Shown piece after piece: positions 10,495-22,979 of a DNA stretch of 64,000 bases. The stretch's first letter is position 1, and each line of letters opens with the position of its first letter. Under the pieces are notes generated by a model that worked only from the letters and a program-made list of their open reading frames with translations, did not search any database and was not told where the DNA came from. The stretch lies in the NCBI RefSeq assembly GCF_036365525.1, contig NC_090377.1:103616265-103680264 (forward strand), in the 5' to 3' direction. Position numbers and translations under genes: made by a program. Source of the DNA: Heterodontus francisci (taxonomy: Eukaryota).

Positions 10495-13435
10495 GAACAT
10501 AACAACATTGGAACATAAGAGCAGGAATAGGCCATTCAGCCCACAAGCCTTCTCCGCCATTCAATTAGATCATGGCTGTTCAACCACCTCGATGCCACTT
10601 TGCTGAGCTCTCCCCAATCCCTTGATGTTATTCGTATTCAGAAAGCTATCAATTTCTGTCATGAACATGCTCAGTGATTGAACTTCCACAGCCCTCTGGG
10701 GTAAAGAATTCCAAAGATTCACCACCCTCTCAGTGATGAAATTCCTCCTCACCTCAATCATAAATGGCCTGCCCCTTATTCCGAGACTGTGTCCCCTGTT
10801 CTAGATTCACCAGCCAAGGGAAACATTCTAACTACATCTACGCTGTCACACCCTGTAAGAATTTTGTAAGTTTCAATTGGATCGCCTCTCATTCTTCAAA
10901 ACTCTAGAGAATGCAGGCCCAGTTTCCTCAATCTCTTCTCATAAGACAATCCCACCATCTCAAGGATTAGTCTGGTGAACCTCCATTGCACTCCCCCTAT
11001 GGCAAGTATATCCTTCCGTAGATAAGGAGACCAGAACTGTACACAATACTTCAGGTGCGGTCTTACCAAGGCTCAATATAATTGCAGCAAGACATTTTTA
11101 CTCCTGTACTCAAATCCCCTAGTGATGAAAGCCAATATACCATTTGTCTTCCTAATTGCTTTCTGCGCCTGCATGCTAGCTTTTAATGACTCATGAACAG
11201 GACATCAACACTTCCCAACCTCTCAACATTTAAGAAATACTCTGTCTTTCTGTTTATTTTTACCAAAGTGGATAACTTCAGACTTATTCACATTATATTC
11301 CATTTGCCAAGTTCTTGGCCAATCACTTAGCCTGTCAGGTCTCCTTGCATCCTCCTCACAGCTTACATTTCCCCCTAGTTTTGTGTTATCTGCAAATTTG
11401 GAAATATTACATTTGGTCCCCACATCCAAATCATCTATGTAGATTGTGAGCAGTTGTGGCCCCAGCACTGATCCTTGTGGTACCCGACTAGTAACATTCC
11501 TGAGAATGATCTGTGTATTCCTACTCTCTGGGCTGGAATTTGTACTTCCGCTACTGTCGAAAACGGCTGGCGGGCCGCACAGCGCAATATTAAGCTTATT
11601 TAAATAGTCGGGCTAGACCGCCCACCCCAATGACATGGAGGGAGCAGGCGGTCCGTCCCCTGCAATGGCATCAACTGCCTTTGCGCACAGACTGGCGCCA
11701 TTTTTAAAGGGCTTCAAGCCTTACATTTCAATTTAAATTTTTAAAAAGAGATTTATTTTTTAAAATGAAATTAATTGATCTCGCCCCTCTCCCACCACCT
11801 CCCCATTAACCATAGATTTAATTACCTGCCCTCTTCCACCCCACCCCCCGCAACACTTACCTTGTGCACCTGATCTTCCCCCCCACAAAGTGCATCAACT
11901 TTACACTGTACCCCTTCTCACCATCCCCTACACAAATGTGACTGTGACCCCACTCCCACACCCACCCGCACAGAGAAACTTACCTGCTCCCCCCTCCCCA
12001 CAAATGATCCCCGGACAGGGATCCGAAGGTGCGAGAGTGCCGGCCACCGGCACGAATATCGCACCAGGACAGACGGCAGGAGCAAAAGTTAATTTATTCA
12101 TTTATTTAAATTACTTTACATATTTAAATTGGGCTCCCGTCGCCGAGCAGTGGGGGTGCCGCCACTAGGCCTCGCCGCCACCGGCAATATTGGGCCGGGC
12201 CTTCCCGGCATAGAGGTCCGTGGTGGGCTTCTCCTGGAGGCATTTTCCAGCCCCTCCCATGTCACGACCCCTGACGTCGGGGGGGTCTGTAGAATTCACC
12301 CCTCTGATTTCTATCTGTTAACCAATTCTCAGTCCATACCAGTATATTATTCCCAATCCCATGTGCTGTAATTTTGTTTACTAACCTTTTGTGTGGGACC
12401 TTATCAAAAGCCTTCTGAAAATCCTGATACTCGTCATCCACTGGTTCTCTTTTACCTATGTTACAAGTAACATCCCCAAAAACTCCAGCAGGTTTGTCAA
12501 ACATGATTTCCCTTCCATAAATCCATGTTGACTCTGCCCAATCATATTGTTATTTTCTAAGAGTCTAGTTATCACCTCTTTTATAATATATTCTAACATT
12601 TCCTCTACGACTGATGTCAAACTAACAGGTCTGTGGGTCCCCATTTTCTCTCTCCCTCCTTTCTTAAATAGCGGGGTTACATTTGTTACTTTCCAGTCAG
12701 CAGGAACCTTTCCAGAAGCTATCGAATGTTGAAAGCTAACCACCAATGCATCGACTATCTCTATAGCCATCTCCTTCAACACTCTGGGATGTTGCTCATC
12801 TGGTCCAGGGGATTTATTAACTTCAATCCAGTTAAAATTTCTTTCAGTTCCTCATTTTCACAAGTCCCTTGTTTCCCGAGTATTTCTGGGAGATTTTCTC
12901 TTTCTTCCTCTGTGAAGACAGACACAAAGTAATTGTTTAGTTTCTCCGCCATTTCCCTATTCTCCATTATAAATTCTCCTGTCTCCGCCTGTAATGGACC
13001 CACATTTGTCCTTGCTAATCTTTTCCGTCTCACATACCTAAAGAAGCTTTTACAGTCTGCCTTTATGTTTCTCATTAGCCTGCATTCATGTTCTCTTTTC
13101 CCTTTCTTTATCAGTTTCTTGGTCATCATTTGCTGGATTCAAAAATGCTCCCAATCCTTGGGCTTACCACATTTTCTGGCAACATTATAAGCCTCTTCAA
13201 TTGATCTCATGCAATCTTTAATTATTTTGTTCGACACGGTTGATTCATCATTCCTGTTGAGTATTTGTGTCTCAGAGGAATGTATATTTGTTGCAGACGA
13301 TGTAATACTTTAAATACTAGCCATCAAATCTTTTAGTGTATTTTCCCAATCCACCAAAGTCAACTTGTCCCTCATAACCTTCATAGTTTCCTTTGTTCAG
13401 GTTTAAGACCCTAGTTTCAGAATGAACAAGTTGCT
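10495..13435 (-). mobile_element. Decayed CR1 LINE (about 2.1 kb of ORF2 plus 3' tail), interrupted by a MITE
   Basis: ORFs 12776-13129, 12456-12782 (PADWKVTNVTPLFKKGGREK), 11223-11468 (ISKFADNTKLGG) and 10570-10761 (RVVNLWNSLPQ). Confidence 0.92.
11530..12302. mobile_element. Non-autonomous DNA transposon (MITE), probably PIF/Harbinger-related
   Basis: Ends GGGCTGGAATTT / AGAATTCACCCC, 3-bp TSD TCT. Removing it restores the CR1 sequence. Confidence 0.8.
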
Positions 13436-13455
13436 TAAATTATAGCACTGCGTGT

Positions 13456-16099
13456 TGTTGTGTTTGATTGGTCAGTGATTGATTGCTCTGTGCTGTGTTT
13501 GTAAGACTGTGCTGTCAATCAACTCTGAGGGGTGGGGTTCCAAAAGTGAAACTAAGACAGATCTAGGCATCCATCTGAATAAAACTTCCACACACACAGA
13601 ATTCGTGAGTCTAGTTTCTTCATGCTTGGGGTACAAAACATAACATCTGCCAACGACGATGGCAAGTAATTCAGATTTACTGCCTTTCCTGTTGTTGCTG
13701 GGAGATCCTCCCATTCCATGGGACAGATGGATTTCTGGGTTTAAACACTACTTGCTTGCTATGGGTAGGGACAGTATGGATGTAGCAGCGACCTGCAAGA
13801 AATTGATACTCGTACATTACCTCAGAGCAGGGGGCTAGTGTATATTCGAGCAGCTAACAGATGATACATCTATGTTCAATAAGCCAGTAAGTGCTCTCAA
13901 GAAATACTTTGGCCTGAAGAAAAGCATGATGATTGAATGATACATGTTCTGCCAGAGATGCTCGGAAATTGTTGAGCCCATAAAACTATATGTGGCAATG
14001 TTGTGTCAGTGGATTCTACATGCAAATTTGGCAGACTAACGAATGTACTAATTCGTGACCAACTAATTAAAATAACTTCAATCCCACAAATTAGGTAATG
14101 TCTACTCACAGAGGATGATGGTTTGACTTTGGAAAAGGCCATGACCTTGGCCATCCAAATCGAATCAGCCATGTTAGATTCGATGATTTTACACAAATAT
14201 ACATCCTTAGGCTCACAGTCAGAGACACAGCTTGCCCAATCACAAGTTGCACAAGTATTACAGACAAAGAGACCCCAGCAGGCTCATCAACACTTGCCCT
14301 TTCACGGTCAGGCACCCTCAAGAACATGGCCAAATTGTGGGGGTACCCACAGATTCAAAACAACATGCCCAGCACAAGGGAAAAAGTGCAGCTCATGCTC
14401 AGAGATGAATCAATTCACAAAGGTATGCAGGTCATTGAAGAAGAAGACTATGTCAGTTCAATACATTGTGGAACGCATTCCTGACAGTGAAATACAGTAT
14501 ATTATCATGGACAGTAAAGCGCCTGGTCCCATGTATGGGGGGTTACTTCAAGGATTGTACAGTCATGACCACAGGCATTTCAGTGTCATTCCTCATTGAG
14601 ATTAAAGGGTACTGTCAAGCTCCTCACATCGTCACAGCAACTCCACCTGTTTGGCAAAATTTGAGACAGTTGCCGTTTGCAATCCGTGCTGAAGTGTCAC
14701 AGGAGCTGAAACAACTGGAAGCAGACAGTATCACTGAGCCAATCAACTCAGCCCCATGGATATCGAACCTAGTAATTGCACAACATAAAAATAGAGAACT
14801 TAGACTATGCATTGACCTTAAATCGGTCAACAAAGCAATTATTCCAGACAAGTACCCGCTCCCTATGATCCAGGCATTATCTGCATCATTTCATGATTCC
14901 ACAGCTTTCATGAAGCTCAACATGCGATGAAGCTATCTACAGATTCCACTAGCGGAGTGAAGCTGACTTCTTACAGCCTTTGTTATGCATGACAGCATGT
15001 TTCAGTAGCAAAGAATACCCTATGGGACTAAGTTCTGCGCTTAGAGCGCTCAAGAACATTGTCTCTTCAGTCTTGTTAGACATCAAGGGGATGCTCAACC
15101 TTGTCGACAATGTTGTCCTCCACAGAAGGGACAAAACAGAACAGGATCAGAGGTTATTGCACTCGCATAACACAATTTGACACTCAACAAGGACAAATGC
15201 ACATTTGCAGCATCCGAGATTGACTTTCTTGAGTACAAAGTGACAGCGGCTGGAGTAAAGACTACCTACGACAATGTCAAAGCCATTTGTGCACTTCCGA
15301 CCCTGTCTAATGTAAAGGAGTTGGCATTGATCCTCGGCGCTACCAAATTTTAAGACAAATATGTGCCCCTGTATGCAGAGCCTCTTCGACAGCTACTGCA
15401 CAAAGACACGCAATAGGAATGGACAGCAAACAACATTTGACATGTTAAAGGTGAAAATAGCATCTGCGCCAGACCTCACGCATTTCAACCCACATACGGA
15501 AATGTACGTCACAACTAACACGTCAGGAAATGAGATAGGTGCTGTACTCTCACAGTACATTGCAGGAAGTGAATGACCAATTGCATATGTGTCACGCCTG
15601 TTGTCAGAAACTGAACGCAAATACTCCACTGGAGAGCAAGAAGCACTAACCTACATCCACGCTTGTGATCATTGGCACATGTATCTCTATGGTAGAAAGT
15701 TCACACTCCGCACCGATCACCAATTACTGAACCACAACGACATCTTTGTCAATCTCGGCGCCATTTTAGAAGACCCCCACATCTCAAAGATTGTTTGTGT
15801 ACTTAGAGGAACAAATGGACTCTAAGAAATGACTCAATATATACCTGTTTTATACTTGTGAAGGTTTAATTAAAAATAAGCTCTTTAGCCTACAAGGGGA
15901 AAAATATGCTGTGTTTGATTTGTCAGTGATTCATTGCTCTGTTCTGTGTTTATAAAATTGCTCTCCATGTCGGTCAACCCTGAGGGAACATGGTTGCAAA
16001 AGTGAAGCTAAGATAGATCCGGGCAACCATCTAAATAAAACCTACACACGCAGAAATCGAGAGTCTCGGTTCTTCATGCTTGCGGTACAAAAAATAACA
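13456..16099 (+). mobile_element. Decayed Gypsy/Ty3-type LTR retrotransposon with both LTRs (13456-13645 and 15907-16099)
   Basis: Direct repeats TGTTGTGTTTGATT..TAACA and TGCTGTGTTTGATT..TAACA. Polypurine tract AAGGGGAAAAATA before the 3' LTR. Flanks CGTGT/CATGT. Gag zinc knuckles (CPAQGKKCSSC), RT (PWISNLVIA..LRLCIDLKSVNKAIIPDKYPLP) and RNase H (ETERKYSTGEQEAL, FTLRTDHQLL). No integrase seen. Confidence 0.92.
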
Positions 16100-16216
16100 C
16101 ATGTAATGGTGTAGTGATGTACAACTGCCAGTGTGTTTAGATTCCAGATTGGACAACAAAGTCCTTAAGCCTTTATCACTACCCATATCTATTTGGTGAC
16201 ATTACTACCACAGGCC

Positions 16217-16915
16217 AGTGTTTAATGGCATTACCATCGCTGAATCCCTCAGCATTAACATCCTGGGGGTTACCATTGACCAGAAACTGAACTGGACCAG
16301 CCACATAAATACTGTGGCTACAACAGCAGGTCAAAGGCTAGGAATTCTGCACCAAGTTACTAATTTCCTGACTGCCCAAAGCCTATCTGCCATCTACAAG
16401 GTACAGTCAAGAGAGTGATGGAATATTCTCCACTTGCCTGGATGAGTGCAGCTCCAACAACACTCAAGAAGCTTGACAAAATTCAGGACAAAGCAGCCCA
16501 CTTGATTGGCACCCCATTCACCACCTTCAACATTCACTCCCTCCACCACCGACCCACAGCGGCAGCAGTGTGTACCATGTACAAGATGCAGTGCAGCAAC
16601 GCACCAAGGCTCCTTTGACAGCACCTTCCAATCTCTGCCACCTAGAAGAATGAGGGTAGCAGATGCATGGGAAAACCACCAACTGCAAGTTCCCCTCCAA
16701 GTCACACACTATCCTGACTTGGAACTATATTGCCGTTGCTTTACTTTTGCTGGGTCAAAATCCTAGAACACCCTCCCTAACAGCATTGTGAGTATACCTA
16801 CACCACATGGACTGCAACGGTTCAGGAAGGCAGGTCATCACCACCTTCTCAATGGCAGTTAGAGATGGGCAGTAAATGCTGGTATAGCCAGCGATGCCCA
16901 CATCCCAATAACGAA
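16217..16915 (+). mobile_element. LINE (second family, CR1-group/L2-like) 3' fragment
   Basis: INILGVTIDQKLNWTSHINTVA..GQRLGIL and MEYSPLAWMSAAPTTLKKLDKIQDKAAHLIG. The same family occurs at 27405 and 46978. Confidence 0.8.
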
Positions 16916-18379
16916 TACGTCATCTTGCTAATGGAGTTGAAGCAAGCATTAGGATGGCCATATGGAGACTTGTTAAAGAGCTGGTTGCCACTTAAAAATG
17001 TCTGCTAGTGCTCATTAAAGATGCTGCATGGCATTTTGGTGGATATGCTTCCACTGGTACCCTCCTCTAACAGCAGCCAACTGTTTGGGTGTAAACACAG
17101 CACTGAAGCCGATTTCAAGTGTTTCTTAAAGAGACACTCACAACTTAAAGGGATACTAAACATTCCATGATCTTTGCTGCTGGAGCTGTGAAGCTCTGAA
17201 ACAATCAAATGTACAAAAGTGGCCCAGGAATAACTCTACCTTCCCAGTTTTCCATCCTTCTATCTGAAGAACAGGCAATCCTTGGATTTATGCAGCACTC
17301 GACCTGTAGAATGCAGTTTCAGAAAGAAGGGATTTGAGTCAGAGGACTGCAGTTACCAATCCCCATCACACCTCACTGTAGCTTTGTCTCTTGATCTTCT
17401 AGCTTGCTTGTACATCTGCAAATTGTAGCACCTTTCTGGGCTTTTATTTTGTGTTTTAATTCTTCTGTCACTCTGAATATCATAGCTTTCTCTTTTTATT
17501 TTCTCCAAAGCACTCGGTCATGTTTTATTTCCACAACATGTTTTCATTTTTGTGTGTACAGTTCTTAATTGCTCGGTAAGGTCCCGTCTGCCTGGCTTTG
17601 TTCTCTTCTTCTGCTGCATCAGTTGCTACAAATGCTTACACTGAGGTTTGAAGTACACTCAGTGTTTTATTACTTAGAATGTTACATTTTAAAACTACAT
17701 TTCCAGTACAAATTCCTGTGCTTAGAGTGGCTTTGACTACACTCCCTACTTAACGTTTGTTCATGTTTTCAACTGAGCCGTTGCTATAAATATATTCTAA
17801 TGTATAAATACATATATTCTAATAGTCTGCAACAAACATATAATATATAACTTGGCATTTCAATGTCAAAGTGATATTTCTTGCTTTGGATATAACTATT
17901 TAAGGTATGTTTTGGAATTACAGTGTTTTCATTATAGGTTCTACATAAGGCCTCAATCAGTCCAACAGAAAGCAAGCAGCTGATAGATTTTTGGATCTTT
18001 TCCACATATGTAATTCAGATGGATCACATTCTTTTGGAGCGAGGTGCATGGGTGAAGTTGGTGTTATCTTCTTTACATTTTTACTTTTAATTATACTTTT
18101 ATTTTTATGCCGGCTTTCAATAAACAGAAAAGTTGAAGAATTGACCACTCTAAATTCCATTGGAGAAAAGACCCCTTCATTCATACTGCCTTACAATGTC
18201 ATTTTTTTCTGCATTTACGTTCATCAAATCTTCAAGGCAGAATTTATTTGTACATCCCCAACTTTCCACCTGAAATGACGTTAGATTACAAAGATAAAAA
18301 CGCAAGATGGTGGTAGAGTATATTTTATTATTCTCATGAATATTTCAGAAAGATAAAAATCACATTTCCAAAGGGCAAT

Positions 18380-21135
18380 CTAGAAATCTCTCATGCGCCG
18401 GAAAGATCCGACAGTTGAATTGTAGCCACCCCAGTCACTGTATCTCCTGTATTCACCGGGTCTCATGAAGTACTGTCGGCCTCTGTAGTTGGGATGTTCA
18501 TAGAAGATCCAGTAACCGTCCATCACATTGCAGGAGTGAATGTCACGGTAACGGTAACGATCATAGACAGATGGACAGTCATCCTGGAATTCCATCATCT
18601 GTCCTCCAAATTCAGGCCTCTCGTAAATCCTCATTCTGTAGTTTCCACCTCGGTACTGTAATATCAATCAGATCATATTTGTGATGAAGCTAACAATGTT
18701 CAGTATTGAGAGAGAAATGTTCCGAATAGCAAATTCAGGATCGATTCTATTTGGCCACGTACTGAAACGAGGTTTTCAATATTTATTAATTTCCAAATTG
18801 AAAATCTGATATTTCTTTCTTATTTAATTTTTTAAAACTTTTAGTATAAGTGAGAGCAATGTCATCAATGATAAGATGTCTGACTTCTAAGTCTCACAGT
18901 AGGTGATATTTTTACATTCTAAACTTCCAATCTAACAATTAGCCTTTCACTTCTAAACAGTTAATTATTGCGAACTAATTCATGGAATTAGATAGAGGAT
19001 ACAACAGAGAATAGGACATTTAGCCAATGTACCCCTTATTTTTTGTTGTTGTTGTGCAGCAGCAGCTGATAAGTTTAAGTGCCCCGGACCTTTAAATTAT
19101 TTGCGTGGCCATGCATGCACGGTAACTTAAAGGGACTAGCTTGTGTGTGGGCTGTGCGGAAATTTTCAGCTGCGTGACCGGATAGCTTGGTGAGAACATC
19201 GCATTGAGCTGAACTAATCCATGCTGGTCTTTAGACTCCCCACAAGACTCCTCTCATTCCATGTACCTCACCCCAGCTTTCAGCATATCTTTCTATTCCT
19301 TTTTTCTCATGTACTTATCTAGCTTTTGTTTGAAAGCATCTAAGATATTTGTCTCAACCACTTCCTGTGGTAGGGAGTTCCACATTCTAACCACTTTCTA
19401 AATCAACAAATTTGTCCTTATTTCCCTGTTGGTTTAATGAGTAACTATCCTGTATCCATGGCCACCAGTTTTGGATTCTCCCATAAGTAAAGCATTCTCT
19501 GCACCTCTACTGTGTCTGAACTGTATTTGCCCAGTTATATTTCTGAATTTGATATAGAATTTAAACTGGTGCACAGGCTGTTAATTTTTTATTTTTTTTT
19601 AAATTTTATATATTTAGAGGTACAGCACTGAAACAGAGGCCCTTCGGCCCACCGAGTCTGTGCCGACCAACAACCACCCATTTATACTAATCCTACATTA
19701 ATCCCATATTCCCTACCACATCCCCACAATTCTCCTACTACAGACCTACACTAGGGGCAATTTACCATGGCCAATTTACCTATCAACCTGCAAGTCTTTG
19801 GCTGCGGGAGGAAACCGGAGCACCCGGCGAAAACCAACGCGGTCACAGGGAGAACTTGAAAACTCCGCACAAGCAGTACCCAGAACCAAACCCGGGTCGC
19901 TGGAGCTGTGAGGCTGTGGTGCTAATATTTTATGTATGGATAATTACATTCTTAGAAACCAAGCGCTGTGCCTTCATTACTGTTACAAATATAGGGCTGA
20001 ATTCAACATTATGGCGGTGTGCCTGCATGGATCACTCGTCGCAGAGCTGCCGTGGTATTGAATGCGGGGGCTCATTTAAATGGCCGGAGTGGACTGCGCC
20101 CCCCCCCCCCCCCATGATGTGGAAGGGCTGGGTGGTCCGTCCGCAGCAATGACATCAGGCAGCACTATGCAGGTGCCGATGCCATTTTTAAAAGGCTTCC
20201 AGCCCTTCCATTTATTTAAATGTTTAAAGACAAGTTACTTGAAAAATTAAATAAAGTTATCCCGACCCTCCCTCACCAATCCTCCCCCTCCCCCAATGAC
20301 CAATACATTCATTACTTGCCCGATGTCCCCCCAAAAAACTTACCTTGTGCTTCCGACCTTGAACCCTAAGTTCACAAATCTTCAACTTTACCCCTTCCCA
20401 CCACCCCCCTCCCGCCCTGAAAACTTACCTGCTCCTCCCCACCCCCCCCCCCCCACCCGGAGTGCCGGTCACAGGCTCCAGTATGGCACTGAGACGGTGG
20501 CGAAAGCGGGTGAGTATTTAATTCATTAATTTTACTCAATTCACATATTTAAATTTTGGACCCATCGCCGAGGGGTGGGGGGGGGGGGGGGGGGGCGGCC
20601 GCCATGAGGCCTCGCCACCGCCGGCAATATCGGGCCGAGTCTTCCCGGTGTAGCCCATAAGGTCAGTTGGATGTACCACACACAAAGCATTCGTACAAAT
20701 AAGGTTTATACTGGCAAACTCAATTGCTCAGGATATTGTTATTTTCTAGTCTTCTATCTGTGTAAAATACTCAAATCATCAAAGGTAACTCACATATGGG
20801 TAGCTGCGACATGACCTGATGCTGTCATTGAATCCCATCCAGCGCTGGTAGTCAGGATATTCTCCCCTGCTCAGAACATACTGGTATCCCATGTAATTGG
20901 GCCTCTCATACATCACCCACCAGTCACTGTCAACACGGATGGAGTTACAGTGGCTGAAGTAAGGGGACAGGTCAGCACAGTTACTACTGCACTCATAGTG
21001 CCGACCCTGGAAATTTCTGTCCTCGTAAAAGATGATCTGAAAAAGCAAAAGTTTGGAAGTTAATTTCCTAAACTAAGAGACATTTAGCGAATGATTACAA
21101 TATAACAAAGTACAGGTTTCGCTTACCTTTCCCAT
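18380..21135 (-). CDS. crygm: Gamma-crystallin (gammaM-like) gene D, 175 aa; exons 21127-21135, 20794-21036, 18380-18655
   Basis: MGK | [45 protein letters not shown] | [43 protein letters not shown] introns of 90 and 2138 nt. AATAAA at 18324-18329. Confidence 0.96.
19610..19926 (-). mobile_element. HE1-type V-SINE in intron 2 of gene D
   Basis: tRNA-like head, V-domain GTTCTCCCTGTGACCGCG..GGGTGCTCCGGTTTCCTCCC, and CR1-like tail GGCACAGACTCGGTGGGCCGAAGGGCC. Paralogs at 24958 and 44370. Confidence 0.85.
19994..20656. mobile_element. MITE of the same family as 11530-12302, internally deleted
   Basis: Starts GGGCTGAATT, ends AGCCC, with ATA on both flanks. The body aligns with 11530-12302. Confidence 0.75.
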
Positions 21136-21950
21136 TTTTAATTCACAGCTTATTAACTGACTGAATGTTTCACTGCTTCACACAGCTTGGTATTTATAAG
21201 CTGAGCAGAGAGGCCTCTCTGACTGTACTTTTGTCATTATAATGTTTCAGGACTGAAAATCAGCAAAAATGAACAAAACGCTGGGTGCAGAAAACACCTG
21301 AAATGTACAATGTGCCAACAATGCTTTTCTTTTTGCTTTCCTGCCATTTGAATTGTTCGTGAACAAGAAACAATGAATACTGTGTTCTTCTGTGTCAGAG
21401 TTCCATTGAATCATTGATAAAATTATCTCTGTAAAGTCTCACAATTCTATTTGCAACAGTGCAATGTAGCTCCCAAGTTGATTAAATTTGGGACAAAGAA
21501 AATCAACTATAAGTTAGATTGCTTTTACTGTTCCAATCATTCAGTTGAACACTTAGCTGCAGAAAAAGGGGGAAAAACTCATCAATTATATTAAACAATG
21601 AAGAAAAACATGAAACTGGGGAATTGTAAGCCTGTCACATGTCATCTATAATTGGGAAAATTATGAAAATAGACAGTTGGCCACTTAAAGAACACAGATA
21701 TTATCAGGAATGATCAGCATGAATTTTAAAGAAGGTAGTTTTATTTCACAAATCTGCCAAAATCTAGATCAGTGTTGTCCAATAGGATTTCGATGCTTGT
21801 GGTGATCAGATCATCATATTCACCACATGATGCAAAATATATGCAATGTTCATAAAACAAATGGGCAATGTTTTGAAAATAGGTTTGAGGTGTTAAATTG
21901 TCACCAATCAAGACCGATGCACAATAAAACAAGGTCCAAGACAAGACCAC
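21037..21950. repeat. Recent duplicate of gene F intron 1, exon 1 and upstream region (about 54331-55240)
   Basis: Near-continuous alignment from CTGAAAAAGCAAAAGTTTGGAAG to ATCAAGACCGAT, including shared CR1 and hAT-end remnants. Confidence 0.92.
21185..21280 (-). promoter_or_regulatory. Promoter of gene D
   Basis: TATAAATA at 21191-21198. The sense strand reads TTTTGTTC-ATTTTTGCTGA (Sox-like site plus AT-flanked half-MARE) and GACAAAAG. Confidence 0.7.
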
Positions 21951-21954
21951 ACCA

Positions 21955-22480
21955 TTGAATTCACTTTGGAAAGGATATTAAGGTCTTGGAGAGGATGCAG
22001 AGGATATTTACTAGAATGGTTTCTGAGATGGGGAGTTCAGTTACATGGAAAGATTAAAGAAACTGGGGTTGGCTCTCCTTAGAGCAGAGAACGTTAAGAG
22101 ATTTCATACAAGTGTTCAAAATCATGAAGGGTTTTGATAGAGTAAATTAGAATAAACTGCTTCTAGTAACAGAGGGTTGGGTCACCAGAGGACACAGACT
22201 TAAGATAATTGGCAAAGGAACCGGAGGGGGATGAGGAGAACTATTTTTACACAAACAATTGTTATGATCTGGAATATACTCTCTGAAAGGGTAGTAGAAG
22301 CAGATTCAATAGTAAGTTTCTAAAGGGAATGAGAATACTACTGGTAGAGGAAATATTTGCAGGGTTATGGGGAAAGGACAGGTCTGTGGAAATAATTGGT
22401 TGTGTCTTTCAAAGACATGGCAGAGGTATGATGGGCTGAATGGCCTCCTGCTGTCCTGTATCATTCTATGATTCTATGAA
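21955..22480 (+). mobile_element. CR1 LINE 3' fragment with tail
   Basis: AAGGATATTAAGGTCTTGGAGAGGATGCAG..ATGATCTGGAAT..GATGGGCTGAATGGCCTCC followed by (ATTCTATG)n. Confidence 0.85.
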
Positions 22481-22574
22481 ATACAAACATCCTGTGGAAT
22501 TTGTCCTGTATGTGTTTGATTGGCAGTTTTTAAAACAATTAACAATTATTCAAGTAGTTGCTTGGTAGTACAGA

Positions 22575-22975
22575 ACTTGAGTATTGCTGAAAAAAGAGAC
22601 ATGCTGTCAAAACCTTTTGTCTTGCACTCATCAGGACAGATGCAAGAATATCAAATTTCAAAGGGAGCATGAGAAAAGTGTGCTGATTGGTTGGCTAGTC
22701 AACTCTGATTGGTTGAAATGTTGCCGTGGGGAATGCATCAGGGAACTATTTTCCCCACATACCTTTGTTTAATTCAAAAAAATAGGCGCAATGCCTGGAC
22801 ATGTTCCTTTTGCCTGTCGAGGACAGGTGCCTGTGTATGAATATATGTAGCTTCTCGCAAGCGTAAGTGAGCTACATTGCAAGCCGGAATGATAATCTTA
22901 AATTGGTGATTAGTGCAATTCCTAGCACAGTCAGGATTGCTCAGTAGATGCTGTCCAATCGTGGAATCACATCAA
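22575..22975 (-). mobile_element. Penelope-like element remnant (GIY-YIG C-terminus plus 3' pLTR with a degenerate hammerhead motif)
   Basis: The minus strand translates as CDSTIGQHLLSNPDCARNCTNHQFKII..HLRLREATYIHTQAPVLDRQKEHV. Downstream lies TGTC-CTGATGA-GTGCAAGAC-AAAA-GGTTT-TGACA. Confidence 0.75.
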
Positions 22976-22979
22976 ACGT

